From NCBI GenBank assembly GCA_963813155.1, contig CAWEYG010000021.1:1-13242 (forward strand): a stretch of 13,242 nt of DNA. The letters run 5' to 3'. This stretch comes from an uncultured Acidobacteriota bacterium. GTDB taxonomy: Bacteria; Acidobacteriota; Thermoanaerobaculia; UBA5066; DATFVB01. Under the pieces are notes generated by a model. The model worked only from the letters and a program-made list of their open reading frames with translations. It ran no database searches and was not told where the DNA came from. How positions within the stretch are numbered: position 1 is the stretch's first letter; each line of letters begins with the position of its first letter. The position numbers and the translations under genes were made by a program. This document shows, in pieces, positions 1 through 6,500 of the stretch.

Positions 1-575
1 GAGGGCTTTTCTTTCGAGCGACAGCCAATGGAGCACCCGGGCGACGAGCTCTTTTCCGGTCCCTTTGTCGCCGTGATCGGACCCAGGCGTCCGTCGGCGC
101 GAACGCGCGCGATCTCTTCCCTCAGGCGCACCATCGACGGCGTCTCGCCGAGGAGCGTCCTCTCGCCGGACATTTTCTCGCGAAACCGGGCGACCTCCTC
201 CTGGAGATCCCGATGGTCGATCGCCTTCTTCGCCGTGAGCACGATGCGCTCGAGGGAAAGCGGCTTCTCGAGGAAATCGTAGGCGCCCGACTTGACGGCC
301 TTGACGGCGGTCTCCACGCTCGCGTGCCCCGAGATCATCACGACGGGAAGGCTCGACGTCCTCTCGCCGAGCGACTCGAGGATCGCGAGGCCGTCCTTGT
401 CCTTGAGCCACACGTCGAGGAAGACGAGATCGAACGTCTCGCGCGAGAGCTTCTCGAGGGCTTCGGTTCCGTCCGCGACCGCCTCGACCGAGTAACCCTC
501 GTCCGACAGGATCTGGGTCAGAGTCTGCCGGATGCCGCGCTCGTCGTCGATGACGAGAACTTTTCGATTCTTCAT
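1..575 (-). CDS. ntrX: NtrX-like / NtrC-family sigma54-type response regulator (REC plus start of AAA+ domain); partial, runs off the left edge
   Basis: Not in the ORF track; translated by hand from ATG at 575: MKNRKVLVIDDERGIRQTLTQILSDEGYSVEAVADGTEALEKLSRETFDLVFLDVWLKDKDGL...PVVMISGHASVETAVKAVKSGAYDFLEKPLSLER. This is a receiver domain with the DD pair, phospho-Asp in LDVWL, SGH and EKP. The AAA+ start (APTDAWV..., GTGKELVARVLH) is split over frames below ~102 by indels. GAGGA lies upstream of the start, which is 13 bp downstream of the kinase stop. Confidence 0.9.
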   Translation of the reverse strand, partial: MKNRKVLVIDDERGIRQTLTQILSDEGYSVEAVADGTEALEKLSRETFDLVFLDVWLKDKDGLAILESLGERTSSLPVVMISGHASVETAVKAVKSGAYDFLEKPLSLERIVLTAKKAIDHRDLQEEVARFREKMSGERTLLGETPSMVRLREEIARVRADGRLGPITATKGPEKSSSPGCSIGCRSKEKP

Positions 576-588
576 ACGGGCCGGTTCC

Positions 589-2724
589 TCATGCGGCCGG
601 AATCTCGATCACGAACTTCGAGCCCTGCGGCCGGTTCTCCTCCCAGCGGATCGTTCCCTGGTGGTCCGCGACGATTCGGGAGACGATCGCGAGCCCGAGG
701 CCCGAGCCGCCCGATTTCGTGGAGAACTCCGGCAGGAAGATCTTCTCGCGGTCCGCCGGGTCGATTCCGGAGCCCGTGTCGCACACCTGGATCTGAAGGG
801 CGCCGTTGCGCTCCTCGAGCCGAAGCGTCACCGCGCCACCTTCCGCGCTCGCCTCGAGGGCGTTGTCGAGCAGGTTCACGAGAACGCGCTGGAACTGGCT
901 CCCGTCGAGCCGGTAGACCGGCCGGGGCAGCGCGTTTTCGAGGCGAAGGGCGACCCCGTCCTTGGAATCGCGGTACAGCGAAACGGTCTTTTCGGCGAGG
1001 GACGACAGGTCGGTCATTTCCGGGCGCGACTCCGGCATCTTCGCGAATCTCGAGAACTGGTCGACCATCGTCTTCAGGAGGTCGACCTCTTCGATGATCA
1101 CCTCCGCCCCTTCGCGGACGGCGTCGGCCGCCCGGGGATCGCCGGCGTTGAGTTTCTTGATCATCCGTTCGGCGGAAAGCTTGATCGGCGTCAGGGGGTT
1201 CTTGATCTCGTGGGCGACCCGGCGCGCGGCCTCGGTCCAGGCTTCGAGCTTTTGCGCGCGCGCGACCTCCGTCGTGTCCTCGAGGGCGATCACGACCCCG
1301 CCTTCGGCCGGCATCGCCGCGACGGAGACTTCGGCGCGGCGCTGCTTTCCGGGGCCGCCGGACGCGAATTCCTTGGGCGCGGGCTTGTGCCCCTGGCGGA
1401 CCGCTTCGAGCGATTCGAACAGCGGCCGCAGCTCCGGCCGTCCCGCGAGCTCGCCGATCTCGTCGGGCGCCGTTTCGAGCCCGAGGATTTCGAGGGCCGC
1501 GGGATTGGCGAGCTGAATCTTGCCCGAAGGTTTGACGGCGACGATGCCCGTCCGCGCGGTCTCGAGAATCGTGGAGAGCAGCTGGCGCTCCCGGTCGAGG
1601 CGGTGATTGATGTCCGTGAGATCCCGGTTCGAGCTCTCGAGCCGCTGGCGGTTGTCGCGGATTTCAGCGGTCATCCGGTTGAACGACTCGACGAGTACTC
1701 CGAGCTCGTCGCTCGCCGGCACGGCGACTTCGGCGGTGAGGTCGCCTTCCGTGATTCTTCGGGTCGATTCCGCGAGCGCGACGATCGGGGCCGTCGTCCG
1801 TCGCGCCAGCGTGAGTCCGGTCCAGATGGCGGCAAACAGGAGAGCGAGGGTCAGGAGGGTGAAGACGAGGATATTGGTGGCCTGGATCGCCGGTTTCTGG
1901 ACTTCGATCTTTCGGTAGTCGCTCCACGCGCGCGCCACGAAGTCTCCGGCGGAAGCGTCCGCCGCGCTTACGCGCAGCCCGACCGCGACGACGCCGGACG
2001 CGGAACGGGCCGCGACCCGGACCCATCTCGAGTTGTCGTGCAGGAACGAAGTGAGCGAGGAGCTTCCCTGGCTCGCGGCCCGCGCAAGCAGCTCCGGCGG
2101 AAACGGGGGAGGCATCTCGCCGCCGGCGGACACGCGAACCGGCTGGCCCTCCGGCGGGTACAGCTCCAGGCTCCCGTAGCCGCGGAGCGTGAGCTCCCGC
2201 GCAAACAGCGCTCGCGCCGCCGCCTCTCTGCCCGTGCCGAGCTCCTGGGCGAGGGCCCGCGCTTCGCGCCCGGCGTCCTCCTCGACGCGGCGGTCGGCGA
2301 GGTCGCGCAGAAGCTCCGCGCGGTTCACGATCGTTTCGACGGGCGTCGAGAACCAGCGGTCGATCGACCTCTGCAGGAGGTTCGTCGCGGCCAGGAACAG
2401 CAGCGCGATCGGAATCGAGGTCAGGCCGAGCTGCGTGATCAGCAGCTTCGTCCGGAACTTCGTCCCGAGGCGCCCCCGGCGGCGGTCCAGGAGGAGCTTG
2501 ATGAGCGCGCGAAAAATCACGAAGAGCGTCGCCGCGATGAGCAGGACGTCGACGTACCAGAGGATGAACAGGGGAACCCGGCTCGCGAAATTCGCCGGTT
2601 CGAGGGGCCGGCGTCCTCCCTGGGAGAGGTAGATGCCGCCCCAGATGAAGAAGACCGCGAGGGCCACGGCGACGATCAGGCGATTGTCGCGGCGGTGCCT
2701 CAGGGCCCGTTCTTCCGGCGTCAT
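589..2724 (-). CDS. ntrY: NtrY-like membrane sensor histidine kinase (TM helices, periplasmic region, HAMP, PAS, HisKA, HATPase)
   Basis: H-box AWTEAARRVAHEIKNPLTPIKLSAERM (NtrY-type), N-box NLLDNA, G1 DTGSGI, F-box IFLPEFST, G2 GSGLGL. HAMP motif ITEGDL...DELGVLVESFNRMT. Several N-terminal hydrophobic helices. Start placed at ATG 2724 because it forms an ATGA overlap with the upstream stop; the ORF track start at 2769 lies inside the upstream gene. Confidence 0.93.
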   Translation of the reverse strand: MTPEERALRHRRDNRLIVAVALAVFFIWGGIYLSQGGRRPLEPANFASRVPLFILWYVDVLLIAATLFVIFRALIKLLLDRRRGRLGTKFRTKLLITQLGLTSIPIALLFLAATNLLQRSIDRWFSTPVETIVNRAELLRDLADRRVEEDAGREARALAQELGTGREAAARALFARELTLRGYGSLELYPPEGQPVRVSAGGEMPPPFPPELLARAASQGSSSLTSFLHDNSRWVRVAARSASGVVAVGLRVSAADASAGDFVARAWSDYRKIEVQKPAIQATNILVFTLLTLALLFAAIWTGLTLARRTTAPIVALAESTRRITEGDLTAEVAVPASDELGVLVESFNRMTAEIRDNRQRLESSNRDLTDINHRLDRERQLLSTILETARTGIVAVKPSGKIQLANPAALEILGLETAPDEIGELAGRPELRPLFESLEAVRQGHKPAPKEFASGGPGKQRRAEVSVAAMPAEGGVVIALEDTTEVARAQKLEAWTEAARRVAHEIKNPLTPIKLSAERMIKKLNAGDPRAADAVREGAEVIIEEVDLLKTMVDQFSRFAKMPESRPEMTDLSSLAEKTVSLYRDSKDGVALRLENALPRPVYRLDGSQFQRVLVNLLDNALEASAEGGAVTLRLEERNGALQIQVCDTGSGIDPADREKIFLPEFSTKSGGSGLGLAIVSRIVADHQGTIRWEENRPQGSKFVIEIPAA

Positions 2725-3293
2725 TTCAGGTCGGCGTCGTGAATCTTGAACGTCTTGGATTTTTTCCATTCCGTCGAGGAATCCACGGGAGCGAGCGCGA
2801 AGAACCTTCCGGCGTCGTACGAAGCGCGCATCTTGACGTACAGGTGCTTGTGGGGCCAGTCCTTCCGGATTCGAAACGCCGGCAGCTCGCTGCGCGAAAC
2901 GAGCATTCGCGCGGCCTCCGTGAACTCCTGGGTCGTGAAGCTGTTGGAAGGCTTTCCGTCCCAGAAGTCGCGCACGAGGTATTCGCGCCGGACCGGGTTG
3001 TAAGTTGCCGCGATACGGAAGCGGTGGGCATCGAGGAACTGGTCGAACCAGTACCGGTTGCGGTCGAGCAGCCGCAGGTCGTATTCGATCGACAGCTCGA
3101 GCCCGGATTCGAGCCGCCTCGAGAGCTGCGGATCGAGAGCGCCGTTCAGGGTGAAAGCGAGGAAGACCTCGTTTCCGCGGACCCCGATCACGAGCGGCGA
3201 AATGTGAGGGTTTTCGGCGCCGGCGCGGGGCGGCGACGCGAGCGCGAGAAACGCGAGCGACGCGCAGATTCCAAGCGTCCGGCGTGTTTGCAT
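2721..3293 (-). CDS. DUF4390-family exported protein (typical neighbour upstream of NtrY/PlrS-type kinases)
   Basis: 190 aa with an N-terminal signal peptide (MQTRRTLGICASLAFLALASPPRAGA). The pattern L..G..L.IEY.LRL...RYWFD...YNPV.REY resembles DUF4390. Its stop overlaps the kinase start. Family assignment is from recognition and synteny, not a search. Confidence 0.75.
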   Translation of the reverse strand: MQTRRTLGICASLAFLALASPPRAGAENPHISPLVIGVRGNEVFLAFTLNGALDPQLSRRLESGLELSIEYDLRLLDRNRYWFDQFLDAHRFRIAATYNPVRREYLVRDFWDGKPSNSFTTQEFTEAARMLVSRSELPAFRIRKDWPHKHLYVKMRASYDAGRFFALAPVDSSTEWKKSKTFKIHDADLK

Positions 3294-3299
3294 CCGGGA

Positions 3300-3305
3300 A
3301 TCTTA
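3300..3305 (-). promoter_or_regulatory. Putative -10 element (TAAGAT) giving a leaderless transcript of the DUF4390 gene
   Basis: Minus strand TAAGAT-TCCCGG-ATG: hexamer 6 nt before the start codon, no SD. Confidence 0.5.
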
Positions 3306-3330
3306 CATGTTGTTTGGGGGGGCGCCGCGT

Positions 3331-4218
3331 TCAGACGGCGAAGGAGGGCTTTGCCTGCCGGGCCGTCTCCCGCGACGGCTTTGCTCGCGAGGTTTCGCCG
3401 CTCGCCAGCTTTCGGACGAGCTCCGCGTGGAGAGCGTGGCCCGCCTTCCGCGCGAAAATGCGCCCTTCGAGCGGCCGTCCGAGAAGAGCGAGGTCCCCGA
3501 GCAGATCGAGGATCTTGTGCCGAACGAACTCGTCCACGAACCGGAGAGGGCCGGACAGGATGTTCTCGGTGTCGAGCACGACCGCGTTCTGAAGAGAGCC
3601 CCCGCGAGCGAGGCCGCGCTCGCGCAGGTACTCGATTTCGTGGGTGAAGCCGAACGTGCGCGCCGGAGCGATTTTCGAAGCGTAGCCGTCGGGCTGGCAC
3701 TCGAACGTCATCGCCTGCCGGCCGATCGCGCGGTGGGGAAAGTCGATCTCGTACGTGATGGTCAGGCCCTTGCCGGGCTGAATCGACAGGTACTTGTCGC
3801 CGTTGGAAATCTCGATCGGCTCCGCGGCCGAGAGAGGAGCGACCCTGCGGCTCTGCCGCTCGATTCCCGCCGCTTGAAAGAGGCGGACGAAGGGGAGCGA
3901 CGATCCGTCGAGGATCGGAAGCTCCTCGCCGCGGACCTCGATCTCCATGTTGTCGATGCCGAGGCCGTAAGCCGCCGACAGGGCGTGCTCGACGGTCCCG
4001 ATGAGGACGTCTCCGCGGCCGAGCGTCGTCGCGTGGTCGAACGCGAGCGCGCTCGTGGCGAACGCCGGGATTTCGACGGCGGGCCGGTCGTCGCGGACGA
4101 AAACGATTCCGCGGCCTTCGGGCGCGGGCCGGAACGTCGCTCTCGCCAGCTGGCCGCTGTGCAGCCCGACTCCCTCGATCGATACCGGCGTGCGAAGCGT
4201 TTGCTGTGCTCTCGTCAT
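3331..4218 (-). CDS. lpxC: UDP-3-O-acyl-N-acetylglucosamine deacetylase LpxC
   Basis: Starts MTRAQQTLRTPVSIEGVGLHSG. Zn-binding and catalytic motifs TVEHALSA, HKILDLLGDL and GHALH, plus ELPILDGSS and IAPARTFG. True start is ATG 4218 (295 aa); the 837-aa ORF-track call is an upstream over-extension. Confidence 0.97.
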   Translation of the reverse strand: MTRAQQTLRTPVSIEGVGLHSGQLARATFRPAPEGRGIVFVRDDRPAVEIPAFATSALAFDHATTLGRGDVLIGTVEHALSAAYGLGIDNMEIEVRGEELPILDGSSLPFVRLFQAAGIERQSRRVAPLSAAEPIEISNGDKYLSIQPGKGLTITYEIDFPHRAIGRQAMTFECQPDGYASKIAPARTFGFTHEIEYLRERGLARGGSLQNAVVLDTENILSGPLRFVDEFVRHKILDLLGDLALLGRPLEGRIFARKAGHALHAELVRKLASGETSRAKPSRETARQAKPSFAV

Positions 4219-4236
4219 TTCTCTACCCGAACGCAT

Positions 4237-4253
4237 CGCGAAGGACGTGCCAG
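4237..4253 (-). promoter_or_regulatory. Putative sigma54 (-24/-12) promoter upstream of lpxC
   Basis: Minus strand reads CTGGCACGTCCTTCGCG, i.e. TGGCAC-N5-TCGC with exact GG-N10-GC spacing (consensus TGGCAC-N5-TTGC). Predicted TSS ~4226. Confidence 0.7.
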
Positions 4254-4281
4254 CCGAGGGACGCGCCGGACGTCGTGATTC

Positions 4282-4303
4282 TGTTTTTGTTTTCAAGAGT
4301 TTC
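4282..4303. promoter_or_regulatory. IHF-like / AT-rich DNA-bending site
   Basis: TGTTTTTGTTTTCAAGAGTTTC: a T-tract followed by TTTCAAGAGTTTC (consensus WATCAANNNNTTR, two mismatches). It lies between the sigma54 motif and the upstream boxes. Confidence 0.45.
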
Positions 4304-4337
4304 CGGCTTGGACACCCCTCCACGCGGCGGGGTGGGA

Positions 4338-4374
4338 GTGGCGAATCGTTCACAGACTGTGGTGAATCGGCCAC
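4338..4374. promoter_or_regulatory. Tandem 16-bp quasi-palindromic boxes; candidate enhancer (UAS) for a sigma54 activator
   Basis: GTGGCGAATCGTTCAC (4338-4353) and GTGGTGAATCGGCCAC (4359-4374): 13/16 identical, both GTG-N10-CAC, starts 21 bp apart, ~110-150 bp upstream of the predicted sigma54 TSS. Confidence 0.6.
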
Positions 4375-4386
4375 GGTTGACCCCGA

Positions 4387-4395
4387 TGCTACGAT
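4387..4395 (+). promoter_or_regulatory. Putative extended -10 promoter (TGnTACGAT) for the HD-GYP/smpB unit
   Basis: TG-C-TACGAT ends 9 nt before ATG 4405; no strong SD. Confidence 0.45.
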
Positions 4396-4404
4396 GGGAC
4401 GGAA

Positions 4405-6012
4405 ATGCTTGATCCCACGGAAGAACAGGCTTACCGGGAGGCGCTCTTCACTTTGCTGGAAAGCAGCAAGGTCAGCCGCTCGGCCCTCTATCTGATGGAG
4501 CCGACCGGCGAGTTTCGGCTCGCGGCGCACCTGGGCTTCTCGCCGCGTGACCTTCCCGTCTCGAGTTTCGGGAAAGAGAGTCCTCTCTTCGAGCGAGCGA
4601 ACCATTTTCGAAAGCCGTTCTATTTCAATTCGCCGAAGGACGCGGGAGATCTGCGCCACCTCATGGAAACCTCGCGCACGGCGAAGCTGCTGGCGGCGCC
4701 GATCTACGAGGACGGCAGGCTGATCGGGATCGTCGAGGCGCGCGACAAGGCCGCGGGAGAGCTCTTTCACCAGGAGGATGCCGGCAGGCTCTCCAACGTG
4801 ATCGCGGCGATCCTCCATCGAAGGCGAGCCCGGCGCGGATCGGCGGAGTCGGAAGGAGAGCTCTCGAGTCCCCCGGGACTGCTCGACCTCTCGGCCTCCG
4901 CGGAGAGACGGCCGGGAGCTCCGGGGGCGCCCGTTTCGGATCTCGTCCGACCCGCCCTCACGCCGATCCCGCCGCCTCCGAAGCGGCCCCCGCTCACCCA
5001 GCGCGAGGTCGTTCTGTTTCGAGGCTTCGGGTCCGCGTTGCTTCTGAATCCCGGCCTCGGCGCCTGCGTCTTTTCTCTCTGGAGCGAAGAGTCCGCCGAG
5101 TTTTTCATCGCTTCGCGCGTTCCCCTGGCCGAAAGCGCCCGGGACGCGGTCTTTTCGAACGCTCTGGAGGTGCTCGGGCATCTGTATCCCGGGCGTCCCC
5201 GGCCCGCCAGCACGCGGTTCAGCACCGATCTCCCGCTCGGAGGAGGCGAAGGAGAAGTCGTCGCGGCGCAGATCACCGGGCTCCAGTCGTCGGTCGTGGT
5301 CTCCGAAGAAGGACGGGCCATCCTCTTCACGCTGCTGTTCATTTCCGAGCCGGACTCGAAGCTCGTCGCGGCGATCAAGGAAACTCACCTGCTCGTCCGG
5401 CGGGCGGTTTCCGAGACGCGCGAGGCCGTGCGCTACCGCGAGGCATTTCGCGGCCTGGTTCGGCGCCTGCTCGAACCCGGTCTGAAGAAGTACACGTCTC
5501 TCGTGACGCACAGTCTCGCGGTCGGAAAATGCGCGAGGGGGTTCTCGACGTATCTCAAGCTGCCCGAAAGGACAGTCGAGCAGATGACGGTGGCGGCCCT
5601 CCTGCACGACGTCGGCATGCGGGAGCTCGCGTACGATCGGCTCTCGGAGCGGCGTCCGCTCTCCGAGCCGGAATATCGCCTCGCCCGCGATCATCCCTCC
5701 GTCGGGGCGATGCTCCTCGCGGAAATCGATTTTCCGTTTCCGATCGTTCCTCTCGTTCTCCACCACCACGAGCGGTACGACGGGAGCGGTTACCCGGACC
5801 AGCTCCGCGGGGAACAGATCCCGTTCGGGTCGAGGCTGATCCACATCGTCGAAGCGTTCGACGCGATGACGTCGCTGTCCTCCTACCGTCCGCCGATCGG
5901 CCGGGAAGAGGCTCTGGACCGAATCGTCGCGAAGGCGGGGACCCAGTTCGACCCGGACCTCGCCGTCCGCTTCGGCGAGTTCATCTCGTCCGAAAACTTC
6001 GACCGATCGTGA
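4405..6012 (+). CDS. GAF-like domain / HD-GYP phosphodiesterase (putative cyclic dinucleotide hydrolase)
   Basis: C-terminal motifs THSLAV, ALLHDVG, HPSVG, HHHERYDGSGYP and IVEAFDAMTS..YR. N-terminal GAF-like region (ALYLME...FRLAAHLG...LLAAPIYEDGRLIGIVEARDK...F...D) followed by a Pro-rich linker. Confidence 0.9.
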   Translation: MLDPTEEQAYREALFTLLESSKVSRSALYLMEPTGEFRLAAHLGFSPRDLPVSSFGKESPLFERANHFRKPFYFNSPKDAGDLRHLMETSRTAKLLAAPIYEDGRLIGIVEARDKAAGELFHQEDAGRLSNVIAAILHRRRARRGSAESEGELSSPPGLLDLSASAERRPGAPGAPVSDLVRPALTPIPPPPKRPPLTQREVVLFRGFGSALLLNPGLGACVFSLWSEESAEFFIASRVPLAESARDAVFSNALEVLGHLYPGRPRPASTRFSTDLPLGGGEGEVVAAQITGLQSSVVVSEEGRAILFTLLFISEPDSKLVAAIKETHLLVRRAVSETREAVRYREAFRGLVRRLLEPGLKKYTSLVTHSLAVGKCARGFSTYLKLPERTVEQMTVAALLHDVGMRELAYDRLSERRPLSEPEYRLARDHPSVGAMLLAEIDFPFPIVPLVLHHHERYDGSGYPDQLRGEQIPFGSRLIHIVEAFDAMTSLSSYRPPIGREEALDRIVAKAGTQFDPDLAVRFGEFISSENFDRS

Positions 6013-6491
6013 AAGCGGCGCGCGAGACCCGGAACTCGGAGCCGAAGGTCGTCGCGACGAACCGGAAGGCCTTTCACGACTATTTCATCGAGAGCAAGCT
6101 CGAGGTCGGGCTGGCCCTGTCGGGAAGCGAAGTGAAATCGCTTCGGGCGGGCAAGGCGAACCTCAAAGACTCGTTCATCCATTTCCGGGGCGGCGAGGCG
6201 TACCTCGCCGGGGCGCACATCTCGACCTACGGGCCGGCGTCGTGGACCGGTCACATCCCGGAGCGGGAACGAAAAGTCCTGATGCATCGGCGCGAGCTCG
6301 ACCGATGGGCTTCGGAAGTCGCGCGAAGCGGCGTGACGTGCATCCCGCTGAAGCTTTATTTCAAGGGCGCGCGCGTGAAGGCGGAGATCGCTCTGGTCAA
6401 GGGAAAGAAGCTCCACGACAAGCGCGACACGCTCCGCGAGAAAGACCTCAAGCGCGAAGCCGACCGCGACATGCGCGATCGGAAACGTTGA
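6009..6491 (+). CDS. smpB: SsrA-binding protein SmpB
   Basis: GTG start overlaps the HD-GYP stop (GTGA). Motifs NRKAFHDY, GLALSGSEVKSLR, RERKVLMHRREL, IPLKLYFK and GKKLHDKR; 160 aa. Confidence 0.97.
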   Translation: MKAARETRNSEPKVVATNRKAFHDYFIESKLEVGLALSGSEVKSLRAGKANLKDSFIHFRGGEAYLAGAHISTYGPASWTGHIPERERKVLMHRRELDRWASEVARSGVTCIPLKLYFKGARVKAEIALVKGKKLHDKRDTLREKDLKREADRDMRDRKR

Positions 6492-6500
6492 GCCTCTCCT

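Noticed and set aside
532-2742. 736-aa plus-strand ORF
   Set aside because: Antisense shadow of the histidine kinase; Arg-rich with no motifs, as expected from high-GC codon bias.
3316-3322. G7 homopolymer as a phase-variation tract
   Set aside because: Too short to be convincing in GC-rich DNA, and homopolymer lengths are unreliable in long-read data.
4313-4334. Hairpin CACCCC-N10-GGGGTG, considered as a terminator or part of a c-di-GMP riboswitch
   Set aside because: Short stem with no adjacent U-tract, no recognisable riboswitch motifs, and it lies upstream of both predicted TSSs.
4377-4382. TTGACC as a -35 element for the HD-GYP gene
   Set aside because: Only 7 nt from the TACGAT -10, and no good -10 at 17-bp spacing.
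4219-5844. N-terminal extension making LpxC 837 aa (apparent fusion)
   Set aside because: The extension runs through the promoter region and antisense to the HD-GYP gene; LpxC similarity begins at ATG 4218.
5529-6008. N-terminal extension of SmpB to 320 aa
   Set aside because: Off-frame overlap with the HD-GYP gene; GTG 6009 gives a normal-length SmpB.
6492-6500. tmRNA gene or terminator after smpB
   Set aside because: Only 9 bp separate the two stop codons, and no hairpin was seen.
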